NCBI GenBank assembly: GCA_903839845.1
Contig: CAIMEA010000079.1
Location: forward strand, 4,189 to 68,188
Length of the DNA stretch: 64,000 nt
From: an uncultured Hyphomicrobiales bacterium
GTDB lineage: Bacteria; Pseudomonadota; Alphaproteobacteria; Rhizobiales; Xanthobacteraceae
Direction: 5' to 3'
Shown: positions 53,263 through 62,614 of the stretch, one piece after another
Position numbering within the stretch: the stretch's first letter is position 1
Layout: every line of letters begins with the position of its first letter
Made by a program: the position numbers and the translations under genes
Notes under the pieces: model-generated
The model's database searches: none
What the model was told of the DNA's origin: nothing
The model's input: the letters and a program-made list of their open reading frames with translations, nothing else

Positions 53263-53790
53263 TTACAGCCAGCCGCTCAGGCCCAGCACGCCGCCGGCGG
53301 CGAACAGCCATAAAGGATTGACGCGGGTGAACGATGCAACCGCAACCGTCACCGCCGTCACCACGCCGGCATAGATGTTCTTGTCGGCGGCGCGTGCCAG
53401 CACGAATGCGCTCGCTGCGATCAAACCAAGCGAAACCGGCACCAGGCCGGCCTGTATCGCGATGCGCCAGGGCGCGTCCTTGAACTTGTCCCAAGTGCGG
53501 GCGGCGAAAAAAGACAGCAGACAGGTCGGTCCGCACATCGCCACCGTCGCAACCGCGGCGCCGGCAAGCCCGGCCACATGATAGCCGATCAATGTCACGA
53601 TGATCACGTTCGGCCCCGGCGACAGCTGCGCGATGGCGAAACTGTCGGCGAACTGCCGGTCGTTCATCCAGTGCATCACTTCGACCGCGATGCGGTGCAT
53701 CTCCGGGATCGCCGCATTGGCGCCGCCGACGGCGAACAGCGACAGCAGCGCGAAATAGCCAAACAGCGCGATAAGCGGATTGTCGTTCAT
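53263..53790 (-). CDS. chrA: Chromate transporter (short-chain CHR), second half
   Basis: SLFAVGGA, AQLSPGPNV; start MNDNPL overlaps the previous stop. Confidence 0.85.
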   Translation of the reverse strand: MNDNPLIALFGYFALLSLFAVGGANAAIPEMHRIAVEVMHWMNDRQFADSFAIAQLSPGPNVIIVTLIGYHVAGLAGAAVATVAMCGPTCLLSFFAARTWDKFKDAPWRIAIQAGLVPVSLGLIAASAFVLARAADKNIYAGVVTAVTVAVASFTRVNPLWLFAAGGVLGLSGWL

Positions 53791-54377
53791 GGCGTTGCCG
53801 TTTTTGCCGCAGGCTTGAACCAGGCGATGGCCACCGCCACCGGCGCCAGCACGGCGAAGACCCAGGGCAACGGCCAGCGCATGATGGCCACGCCGGCAAA
53901 AGCCAGGATCGCGATCGCCGGCGCCCAGGTCCATCGCTTGGTGAAAAGCGGCAACGCCATTTTGCCGACCACCGCGATCAGCAGCCCGGCCGCCGCCGCG
54001 GTAATGCCCGACAAAATGCGGCCGAGAATTTCCAGTTCGCCGAACTGCGCATAAAGCATCGCGAGCACGGTAACGATCACCAGCGGCGGGCCCATCAACC
54101 CGGACAGTGCGACAGCGGCGCCGGCCGCGCCGCCGAAGCGCGAGCCAAAGACCACCGAGAAGTTCACCACATTCGGCCCCGGCAGAAACTGCGCCAGCGC
54201 GAACGCCTCGTTGAATTCCTCGGTGGTCATCCAGTGCTTCTGCTCGACGATCATGCGCCGCGCCCAGGGCAGCGCTCCGCCAAAGCCCGATACCGAGACG
54301 ATGATAAATGAGATGAACAGCTCGCTCAGCGACGGCATGCCGGGGGGGCTGGGCGGGCTTGTTGTCGGTTCGGGCAT
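53787..54377 (-). CDS. chrA: Chromate transporter (short-chain CHR), first half
   Basis: SGFGGALPW, LAQFLPGPNVVN. Confidence 0.88.
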   Translation of the reverse strand: MPEPTTSPPSPPGMPSLSELFISFIIVSVSGFGGALPWARRMIVEQKHWMTTEEFNEAFALAQFLPGPNVVNFSVVFGSRFGGAAGAAVALSGLMGPPLVIVTVLAMLYAQFGELEILGRILSGITAAAAGLLIAVVGKMALPLFTKRWTWAPAIAILAFAGVAIMRWPLPWVFAVLAPVAVAIAWFKPAAKTATP

Positions 54378-54604
54378 GGAGGTCGTGCTCCTGAAATTTC
54401 AGGATTGATCGGATCGCAATGAAGAGAACTAGCGCGCCCGTCCAGGCCGGACCAGTAGCCGGATACTAACATTCGCATCGCGGCGGGTTGGCACCTGTGG
54501 CGGCGAAAGCACCTGCCCACGGCTCGAAATAATAGTGTATACTATCCGACATTGGCGCCACGGGGATGGAACCTGGTCGGGCGCCGACCTCATTGAAAGC
54601 CCCT

Positions 54605-55351
54605 ATGTCGATCGATGGCCCCTCGGATAACCCGTTGGCTGCGGAGAACGCCGGCCTGCGGACGTTGCTGGTCCAGGCCGGCATCGACGCGGCGCGGCTT
54701 CTCGCCGAAGCCGGCATCCATGCCGCCGAAAACGAGGCGGCCAAGAAGCTTCAGCGTTTGCTGCTCGAGGAACTGCACCACCGCGTCAAGAACACATTGG
54801 CCACGGTCATCGCCATTACCACGCAAAGCCTGCGCAATGCCCCGAACCTGAAAGAGGGCGGCGAAGCGGTCGAACTACGCCTGGTCGCGCTTGGCCGCGC
54901 GCACGATCTGCTGCTGCAGTCGCAGACCACGGGCGCCAGCATGGCCGACATTATTCATGCGGCGATCGAGCCGTACGACCGCAAACAGAACCCGCGGTTC
55001 GTCGTCAAGGGCGAACCGATCGATGTCGGCGCGGCCGCCGTGTTGTCACTGAGCATGTCGCTCAACGAACTCTGCACCAACGCGGTCAAGCATGGCGCGC
55101 TGTCCAACGCGACGGGGCGCGTCGAAATTTCGGCAACGATCGCCGGCACGCCGCCGCACATGAAGTTGATCTGGACCGAAACGGGCGGTCCGCCCGCAGT
55201 GGAGCCCACCCGCCGTAGTTTCGGCACCCGCCTCATCGGGCGATTGGCGGAGGAACTGCACGGCAAGGTGACCTTGGCTTACCCGCCAGCCGGCTTCATC
55301 TATGAACTCGACGTTCCCAGTTCGGCGTTGAAAACCGAGAACGCTCTTTGA
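54605..55351 (+). CDS. HWE-family histidine kinase without a recognisable sensor domain
   Basis: ELHHRVKNTLATV, ALGRAHDLL, NELCTNAVKHGAL, WTETGGP, SFGTRLI. Start 54566 or 54605. Confidence 0.88.
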   Translation: MSIDGPSDNPLAAENAGLRTLLVQAGIDAARLLAEAGIHAAENEAAKKLQRLLLEELHHRVKNTLATVIAITTQSLRNAPNLKEGGEAVELRLVALGRAHDLLLQSQTTGASMADIIHAAIEPYDRKQNPRFVVKGEPIDVGAAAVLSLSMSLNELCTNAVKHGALSNATGRVEISATIAGTPPHMKLIWTETGGPPAVEPTRRSFGTRLIGRLAEELHGKVTLAYPPAGFIYELDVPSSALKTENAL

Positions 55352-55426
55352 AAGAAAAGCGCGCGCCCGTTGCCGGACGCGCGCAATTGCGAGAGTTCAG
55401 TCTTGACGCCGGGCCGGGCGGGCCCG

Positions 55427-56407
55427 CTACTGCACCGACAGGTTGGCGGCGTTGACGACCTTTTCCCACTTGGCGGTTTCAGCGGTGAGGAATTTGCCGA
55501 AATCGGCCGGCGTGCCCGGCACCGGCGAACCGCCGAGATCCTTGAGTTTGGCCTGCATGTCGGGATCCTTGAGCGCCAGATTGATCTGCTTGTTCAGCAC
55601 ATCGACGATCTCTTTCGGCGTTCCATGCGGCACGCCGAAGCCGAAGAAGGCGCTGGCTTCGTAGCCCGGCACGGTCTCGGCAATGGTCGGCACGTCCGGC
55701 AATTCCGGCGAGCGCTTACTGGTCGAGACGCCGAGCGCGCGCAGCTTGCCGGCCCGGATATGCGCGATCGACGACGGCAGATTGTCGAACGTCACCTGCA
55801 CCTGGCCGCCGAGGAGATCCGTCAGCATCGGCGCCGACCCTTTGTACGGCACATGCGTCAGCTTCAGGCCGGTCATCATCTTGAACAATTCGCCGGACAG
55901 GTGAATCGACGTGCCGTTGCCGGACGACGCCACATTGACCTTGTCGGGATTGGCCTTCGCATAGGCGATGAATTCCGCCACCGTCTTGGCCGGCACGTCC
56001 GGATTGACCTCCATGACGTTCGGCACTTCGACGACATTGGCGACGGGGTCGATGTCTTTCAGGAAGTTGAAATTGAGCTTCTTGTACAAAGTGGCGTTGA
56101 TGGTGTTGGCCGGATTAATCAGCAGCATCGTGTAGCCATCGGGCGCGGCCTTGGCGACGGCTTCGGTGCCGATATTGTTGCCGGCGCCGGGGCGATTTTC
56201 GACGATGAACTGCTGCCCGAGTTTGACGCTCAACCAGTTGCCGATAATGCGGGCGACGATATCGGTCGAGCCGCCGGCCGGATAGCCGACGATGATGTGG
56301 ACCGGACGCGTCGGGTAATCGGCGGCGGCGGCGGGTTGCGCCAGGATTGCCGTCAGCCCGGCAAGGGCTCCCGCGAGGCCAGCCATCAAACCGATAAATC
56401 GCTTCAT
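55427..56407 (-). CDS. Bug/TctC tripartite tricarboxylate transporter substrate-binding protein
   Basis: YPTRPVHIIVGYPAGGSTD, VENRPGAG, HVPYKGS, PELPDVPT. Confidence 0.92.
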   Translation of the reverse strand: MKRFIGLMAGLAGALAGLTAILAQPAAAADYPTRPVHIIVGYPAGGSTDIVARIIGNWLSVKLGQQFIVENRPGAGNNIGTEAVAKAAPDGYTMLLINPANTINATLYKKLNFNFLKDIDPVANVVEVPNVMEVNPDVPAKTVAEFIAYAKANPDKVNVASSGNGTSIHLSGELFKMMTGLKLTHVPYKGSAPMLTDLLGGQVQVTFDNLPSSIAHIRAGKLRALGVSTSKRSPELPDVPTIAETVPGYEASAFFGFGVPHGTPKEIVDVLNKQINLALKDPDMQAKLKDLGGSPVPGTPADFGKFLTAETAKWEKVVNAANLSVQ

Positions 56408-56650
56408 GTGTGTCTCCTCCCTGAGGCGGCAGCTTGCAGCCGGCGCCGTTATTATTTGCGCCAAGATACGAGGCGGCAGGCACTTTGCACAAGACCATTG
56501 CCACTAAAGTCGCACAGACGGGGCGAGGCCTGCCGTTCAGGCGGGCGGCACAGGGGACGGCATGCACAGGATCGAAGCGAGCCGCCGCGCTGCGCGAAAT
56601 TGCACACAATCAGCAAAAATTGGCCGCAATAGACGTGCGTCCTGATCGGC

Positions 56651-57313
56651 ATGAACCGGACAAGACCAACGACGGTGGTTTGGAATTACGACCGCGTCGA
56701 GATCATCGCCGATGCGGTTATTCACGCGCTTGGCATTGCCTTTGGCATCGCCGCTGCCGCAGTTCTGCTGGCGATTTCATTCGACGCCGCCCATCGTTCG
56801 GACATCGTCCCGGTCGTCATTTACATCATCGGCCTGCTGTCGATGCTCGGCCTTTCCGCCGCCTACAATCTCTGGCCGGTCTCGCCGCGCAAATGGCTGC
56901 TGCGCCGTTTCGATCATTCGTCGATCTATCTGCTGATCGCCGCGACCTACACGCCGCTGATCTGGCATGCCAAAGGCGGCCTGCCCGCCGCCCTGTTGAT
57001 CGTCATCTGGCTGACCGCCGCCGCCGGTATCGTGCTCAAGCTCGGCTGGCCGGAACGGTTCGATCGCCTGTCGATCGTGCTATTTCTGCTGCTGGGATGG
57101 AGCGGCGTGCTGGCTTATGGACCGATGGTGACAGAGCTCCCTCCGCTGACGCTTTGGCTGATTGCGATCGGCGGCGTGCTCTATTCCGCCGGCGTCCCTT
57201 TCCACCTCTGGGAGCGGTTGCGATTTCATACAGCGATCTGGCACGGCTTCGTGCTCACGGCCGCGGTCACGCATTGTCTGGCGATCGTATCCAGCTTGAT
57301 GCTGCCGGTCTGA
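56651..57313 (+). CDS. Hemolysin III/TrhA (PAQR) family membrane protein
   Basis: SAAYN, RRFDHSSIYLLIAATYTP, HTAIWHGFV. Confidence 0.9.
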   Translation: MNRTRPTTVVWNYDRVEIIADAVIHALGIAFGIAAAAVLLAISFDAAHRSDIVPVVIYIIGLLSMLGLSAAYNLWPVSPRKWLLRRFDHSSIYLLIAATYTPLIWHAKGGLPAALLIVIWLTAAAGIVLKLGWPERFDRLSIVLFLLLGWSGVLAYGPMVTELPPLTLWLIAIGGVLYSAGVPFHLWERLRFHTAIWHGFVLTAAVTHCLAIVSSLMLPV

Positions 57314-57328
57314 CCGCCGCTCGCCGCG

Positions 57329-57436
57329 CTAGAGCCTTTCCGGCTTTGACAGGATCAAAGCCGGGGCTCTAGTTTTTTTGTTTTGGCGCGTTTTCTTCAC
57401 GCGAACCGGTTTCCACTTCGCTCGAAAACGCTCTAA
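57329..57436. repeat. Alphaproteobacterial intergenic mosaic repeat (TAGAGC...GCTCTA termini; RIME/CIR-like)
   Basis: Minus strand TTAGAGCGTTTTCGAGCGAAGTGGAAACCGGTTCGCGTGAAGAAAACGCG...CTAGAGCCCCGGCTTTGATCC...GGCTCTAG; family resemblance recalled from Rhizobiales genomes. Confidence 0.75.
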
Positions 57437-58833
57437 GCCGCCAGCGACGCATCCACCCGCTTCAGCGCCTGTTTGAGCGCGTCGAAGCAGACCGGATCGA
57501 TTTGCGTGCCGAGCATGTCGGTCATGATCGCCAGCGCTTTGCTGACCGGCATGGCAGCGCGATACGGCCGCTCGGCGGTCAGCGCGTCGAAAATATCCGC
57601 GGTGGTGATGATGCGGACGTCCAGCGGCAGAGCCTTGTCGCGCAAACCGCGCGGATAACCTTTGCCGTCGAGCCGTTCGTGATGCGCGCCGGCGATGAAG
57701 GCAAGATCGCTGAAGGCGCCAATGCGCGCCAGGATAGTCTCGCCGAGGACGGAATGTTTCTGCATCGCCGCCCACTCGTCGCTATCGAGCTTGGCCGGCT
57801 TGTCGAGAATGGAATTGCTGACGCCGAGCTTGCCGATGTCGTGCAGCAAGGCTGCGCGCTTGAGCCAGCGGCGGCGCGCCGGCGCCATGTCGAGTTGTTC
57901 GGCGATCAGATCGGCGAACAAAGTGACGCGCTCGCTGTGGCCGCTGGTGTAGGGGCTCTTGGAGTCGATCACCTGCGCGAAAGCCGCGGCGACGTCGTCG
58001 AGATAGTCTTCGTCAACGAGACGGCGCTGCTGCGCCGGTTCGAGATCGAAGATAGCGGTTTGCAGATCGTCCAACCGCAGCATCGTCCAGAAATCCGGAC
58101 GCGCGGCGACGCGATCGAAAGCCCAGGCGACCTTTGGATCGAACCAGGTTCCGGTCCGGTGCTGCACTTCGAGCCGCGCCGCCTCCGCGCCATTCGTCAT
58201 CTGGAAGACGTCGACCACCTGCGACACCAAAGCAATGCGCGAATAAAGCGGGATGGCGTCGCCGCCGATCGCCTTCGGCATGCCGCCGCCATCCCAGTGT
58301 TCGTCGAGGGCGCGGATGGCTTCGGCGACTTTTTCCGAGAAGCGCATCTTGCGGGCGATCTCGGCGCCGCGGTCGCAGCGCGTCTCCATCAATTCATGCG
58401 CGATCTCGCCGCCGTTCTGGAAGACATTGACCAGCGCGCGGAAGCGCTCGGCCAGACTGGCGTTCATGCCGGTATGCGACAGCACGAAGCGCAGCACCTG
58501 CGGCAGGCTGCCATTGACGGTCATGAAGTCGCGCTTGAACGAAATGTCGTCGGTCATATAAAGCTGGCTGATGCGCGCGGCATTGCTGCTGCAGCCGACG
58601 TCTTTCATCAGCAAGGTGTAATAGAGGTCCGAGAGTTCGGCCTCGCTCAGGCCCAGCTCGCGGCCGATGTGAATGCCGATCCAGCAGGCACGCACGCAAT
58701 GGCCGGCCGGCTGGCCCTCCACCATATCGAGGGCGTGGCTGAGGGCGCTGAGGAGTTCGGCCAGGCGCAAATCAGGCATGGGGGCGGACAGATCGCGGCG
58801 CATGGGCATGGGTTTGGGCATGGGTATAGGCAT
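57433..58833 (-). CDS. HD-GYP domain protein (tandem domains; c-di-GMP phosphodiesterase candidate)
   Basis: C-terminal HSERV, LLHDIGK, HHERLDGKGYPRGL; degenerate N-terminal copy (LMKDVGC, EHWDGGGMP). Start uncertain (58779-58863). Confidence 0.88.
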   Translation of the reverse strand: MPIPMPKPMPMRRDLSAPMPDLRLAELLSALSHALDMVEGQPAGHCVRACWIGIHIGRELGLSEAELSDLYYTLLMKDVGCSSNAARISQLYMTDDISFKRDFMTVNGSLPQVLRFVLSHTGMNASLAERFRALVNVFQNGGEIAHELMETRCDRGAEIARKMRFSEKVAEAIRALDEHWDGGGMPKAIGGDAIPLYSRIALVSQVVDVFQMTNGAEAARLEVQHRTGTWFDPKVAWAFDRVAARPDFWTMLRLDDLQTAIFDLEPAQQRRLVDEDYLDDVAAAFAQVIDSKSPYTSGHSERVTLFADLIAEQLDMAPARRRWLKRAALLHDIGKLGVSNSILDKPAKLDSDEWAAMQKHSVLGETILARIGAFSDLAFIAGAHHERLDGKGYPRGLRDKALPLDVRIITTADIFDALTAERPYRAAMPVSKALAIMTDMLGTQIDPVCFDALKQALKRVDASLAA

Positions 58834-59041
58834 TGGGAAAGACGCTCCGGGCGGGGCCGGCAACGACGCGCCGGTTGAGACGGACCGGAGTTTCCTCGGC
58901 AGACGTTAATAAAATAGGCGTGAGATCAACGACTTGCCGGCCGATCCCGCTGCCGGGCGCATGGCCTATTGAGGACCATTAACCGGCAAAACCCGCGGCC
59001 CGGCCCTTAACTCGGTCACGATTACCCCCTATATTCATTCC

Positions 59042-59372
59042 TGCCGGGGCAACCCGGCTATGGCGATAAACGGACGTCGTAATAAACCTTTCGGACCCGG
59101 GGGCAGTACCCGGCGCCTCCACCAAAGCCCGCGATTGGGCGCGCCCTAAAACGGGTTTTGGCGGGGGCGAACTAGGATCGACGAGGGCGTAAAGGGCGAA
59201 CTTTTGCTCGGCATGGTTCCGCCGTTATCGGGCCAAATCGTAGTTGCAAACGACAACTATGCTCCGGTTGCTCAGGCCGCGTAAGCGGTTTGAAAAACCA
59301 AGACTAGAAGTCCTGGCGGGTTAAGCTCCGTCAGGCGGGGTTCGGAGGCACCTGGCAACAGAAGCCTCCACT
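59042..59372 (+). ncRNA. ssrA: tmRNA, circularly permuted two-piece form
   Basis: Acceptor piece ends CGCCTCCACCA (59124); spacer 59125-59162; coding piece starts GGGGGCG (59163), giving the G3-U70 alanine pair; tag ORF follows. Outer ends approximate. Confidence 0.95.
59246..59284 (+). other. tmRNA proteolysis tag (A)NDNYAPVAQAA
   Basis: GCA AAC GAC AAC TAT GCT CCG GTT GCT CAG GCC GCG TAA. Confidence 0.93.
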
Positions 59373-59494
59373 TTCCCTGCTTCTTCCTTCCTGCAATTTT
59401 CCCGCATTCGCGACATTTCGACCGACGGACGGGATGAATTTCGTCGCGTGACGCGCTATCATGCGCCATCGCTCTCCCGACCCGCAGGACTCGA

Positions 59495-60127
59495 ATGGCC
59501 GACCATATCCGCTACGATCTTCTGACCCAGCAGGCGCTGCGCGGGGTGGTTCGCAATGTCCTCGCCGACGCCGCCAAGAAGGGCCTGCCCGGCGACCATC
59601 ACTTCTACATTTCGTTCGACACCCAGGCCGACGGTGTCCGCATGTCGGACCGGCTGCGTGCGCAATATCCGGAACAGATGACGGTCATTCTGCAACATCA
59701 GTTCTGGGATCTGGCGGTCAACGAACAGGGCTTCGAGGTCGGCATGTCGTTCGGCGGCATCCCCGAGAAACTCGCCATTCCGTTCGACGCCATTTCCGGG
59801 TTCTTCGACCCGTCGGTCCAGTTCGGCCTGCAGTTCGAGGAAATCGCCGAAGGCGAGGCCGGCCAGAAACAGGACGCCGTCAAGCAGCCGGGCAAAAAGC
59901 CGGACGGCAAAAAGAGCCCGCTGACCAGCGTCGGCGCGCAGGAGACGTCCGCCAAACCCGCGCCGAAGAAATCCGAACCGGCCACGCGCCTGCCGGCGGC
60001 ATCGCCGGCGCCAATGCCCGCGGTGTCGCCGCTCAAGCCCAACGACACCGAGCCGACCGATCCGAAGCCGGACAAGCCGTCGGGCGGCGGCGAAGTCGTG
60101 CGGCTCGATCGCTTCCGCAAGAAATAG
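59495..60127 (+). CDS. sspB: ClpXP adaptor SspB (alphaproteobacterial type)
   Basis: HHFYISFDT, YPEQMTVILQHQFWDL, FFDPSVQFGLQF, C-terminal VVRLDRFRKK; adjacent to ssrA. Confidence 0.93.
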   Translation: MADHIRYDLLTQQALRGVVRNVLADAAKKGLPGDHHFYISFDTQADGVRMSDRLRAQYPEQMTVILQHQFWDLAVNEQGFEVGMSFGGIPEKLAIPFDAISGFFDPSVQFGLQFEEIAEGEAGQKQDAVKQPGKKPDGKKSPLTSVGAQETSAKPAPKKSEPATRLPAASPAPMPAVSPLKPNDTEPTDPKPDKPSGGGEVVRLDRFRKK

Positions 60128-60190
60128 CCGGCGCACTGTCCGCTCGACGCGCGGGCTTGTTTGCGCGGCCATCCGGCTTAAGTTTGGTCC

Positions 60191-61621
60191 ATGGCCAAGA
60201 CAGATAAAGCAGACAAGCCGGACAAGACCGCGATCAAGACCCGCAGCGAAAGCGACTCGTTCGGGCCGCTCGACATCGCCGCCGATAAATTGTGGGGTGC
60301 GCAGACCGAGCGTTCGCTGCGCAATTTCCGGATCGGCACCGAACGCATGCCGATCGAGATCGTGCATGCGCTCGGACTGGTCAAGCGCGCGGCGGCGGAA
60401 GTAAACCGCGATCTCGGCTCGCTCGACAGGAAGCGCGCCGGCGCGATTGTCGCCGTCGCGCAGGACATCGCCGACGGCAAACTCGACGAGCACTTTCCGC
60501 TGTCGGTCTGGCAGACCGGCTCCGGCACGCAATCCAACATGAACGTCAACGAAGTGATCGCCAATATCGCCAATCTGGCGCTCGGCGGCGAACTCGGCGC
60601 GAAAAACCCGGTGCATCCCAACGACCACGTCAATATGAGCCAGTCGTCCAACGACTCGGTGCCGAGCGCCATGCACATCGCGGCGGCCTCGCAACTGGCG
60701 CGGCATTTGATTCCGGCGCTGACCAAGATGCAAAGCGCGCTCGACAAGAAGGCCAGAGAGTTCGGCAAGATCGTCAAGATCGGCCGCACCCATACGATGG
60801 ACGCAACGCCGATCACGCTCGGCCAGGAATTCTCCGGCTATGCGAGCCAAGTGAAGTCTTCGATCGCGCGCCTCAAGCTGGCGCAGCGCGAACTCTATCC
60901 GCTGGCGCAAGGCGGCACCGCGGTCGGCACCGGGCTCAACAGCCAGCCGAAATTCGCCAAGGCTTTCGCCAGACGCATCGCCACGCTGACCGGCCTGCCT
61001 TTCGTCAGCGCGCCGAACAAATTCGAGCACATGGCCGGGCACGACGCTTATGTGTTTGCGCATGGCGCCATCAACGCCGCCGCCACGGCGCTGTTCAAGA
61101 TCGCCAACGATATCCGCCTGCTCGGTTCCGGCCCGCGCTCGGGGCTCGGCGAACTGATATTGCCGAGCAACGAAGCCGGATCGTCGATCATGCCGGGCAA
61201 GGTCAATCCGACGCAGTCGGAAGCGTTGACGATGGTGTGTTGCCAGGTGTTCGGCAACAACACGTCGATCACTGTCGCCGGCAGCCAGGGCCATTTCGAA
61301 CTCAACGTCTACAAGCCGGTGATGGCCTACGCGATGCTGCAATCGATCCGGCTGCTGGGCGACGCCGCCAATTCCTTCACCGACAATTGTATCGTCGGCA
61401 TCAAAGCCAACGAACCGCGCATTGTCGAATTGATGCAGCGCTCGTTGATGCTGGTGACCGCGCTGTCGCCGCATATCGGTTACGACAAGGCCGCCCAGGT
61501 CGCCAAAGCCGCGCATGCCAACGGCACGACGTTGCGCGAGGAAGCGGTTCGCCTCGGCTATGTCTCGGGCAAGGATTTCGACCGCCTGGTGCGCCCCGGA
61601 CAAATGACCCGGCCGCATTAG
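60191..61621 (+). CDS. fumC: Class II fumarate hydratase
   Basis: [37 protein letters not shown]. Confidence 0.95.
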   Translation: MAKTDKADKPDKTAIKTRSESDSFGPLDIAADKLWGAQTERSLRNFRIGTERMPIEIVHALGLVKRAAAEVNRDLGSLDRKRAGAIVAVAQDIADGKLDEHFPLSVWQTGSGTQSNMNVNEVIANIANLALGGELGAKNPVHPNDHVNMSQSSNDSVPSAMHIAAASQLARHLIPALTKMQSALDKKAREFGKIVKIGRTHTMDATPITLGQEFSGYASQVKSSIARLKLAQRELYPLAQGGTAVGTGLNSQPKFAKAFARRIATLTGLPFVSAPNKFEHMAGHDAYVFAHGAINAAATALFKIANDIRLLGSGPRSGLGELILPSNEAGSSIMPGKVNPTQSEALTMVCCQVFGNNTSITVAGSQGHFELNVYKPVMAYAMLQSIRLLGDAANSFTDNCIVGIKANEPRIVELMQRSLMLVTALSPHIGYDKAAQVAKAAHANGTTLREEAVRLGYVSGKDFDRLVRPGQMTRPH

Positions 61622-62132
61622 CGCGTTTTGCACAGATCCAAGCTGAGACCTCCCGAGCAGCACCCCGAAGCTTGCCACTGGCGAACAAGTATTGGTGATG
61701 TCATCGGCAGGCTGATCGTGGGCAGAGGCCCGTCCATAGCCGTATCCTATAGAATTCTACCTATTTTTTTTGTCGATTATTCCGAAGGCTGCATGATGTT
61801 CACAAATTTACGGAATTGAATATAGAATTTTATAGTATTCGTCTCGCAAGTCTTAAATATACATTTTGCCACTACTTCACGCGGGCTTAAATTTCAACCA
61901 TTCAACTGCTACAGATCAGTTCCATCTTACCCCTGCTCTATTGCGATCAACTAACCGTGTATTGAAATGCGGCATTATAGCACCCCAGTATGCTAGCTGA
62001 TTCCAGTTGCGCACGAGTTGGGCCAGTCCAGCGTTCGCCCGACTGCGGGCGCAATTTACCGCCATACAATGAACTCGGCCGGAAATCGGCACGGAAATCT
62101 TTGGCCGACGCTGGCCAGTAACGAGGCGTGAC

Positions 62133-62321
62133 ATGGCTGAACTCGTCAATCTCCGGACGGCGCGCAAGCAGGCCGCGCGACGCCGCGACGATCAGACCGC
62201 CAGCGTCAATCGTCTGGCCAATGGACAGCCCAAGCGTCTGCGCCGGTTGCAAGCGGCCGAGCAGGAACAGGCCAATCACATGCTCGATCTCCACCGCATC
62301 GAACCAGGAGACGGCCGATGA
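62133..62321 (+). CDS. DUF4169 family protein
   Basis: MAELVNLRTARKQAAR N-terminus typical of the family; ATGA-coupled to the next gene. Confidence 0.8.
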   Translation: MAELVNLRTARKQAARRRDDQTASVNRLANGQPKRLRRLQAAEQEQANHMLDLHRIEPGDGR

Positions 62322-62614
62322 AATCACCGGTTGTCAAACGCTCAATCGTCATTGCCGGTCACAAAACCAGCGTCAGCCTCGAAGACGCATTTTGGACGGC
62401 GCTGAAGGATATCGCGACGGCGCGTGAGCTGACCTTGTCGGATCTGGTGGCGTTGATCGATACCGATCGCAAGCACGGCAATTTGTCGTCGGCGATCCGG
62501 ATTTTCGTACTCGACCACTTCCGCGCACAAGCCAATGGCCAGCGCGGTCAGCGCGACGACAAGCGCGAAGGCCTGACACGACGGCTGTCGCCGTCAGTTC
62601 TGGGTGCCGACTGA
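62318..62614 (+). CDS. Ribbon-helix-helix domain protein
   Basis: KRSIVIAGHKTSVSLEDAFW...NLSSAIRIFVL. Confidence 0.88.
   Translation: MKSPVVKRSIVIAGHKTSVSLEDAFWTALKDIATARELTLSDLVALIDTDRKHGNLSSAIRIFVLDHFRAQANGQRGQRDDKREGLTRRLSPSVLGAD

Noticed and set aside
56651-57313. Hemolysin/virulence toxin
   Set aside because: Hemolysin III/TrhA proteins are ubiquitous PAQR membrane proteins linked to membrane homeostasis; no secretion or toxin context.
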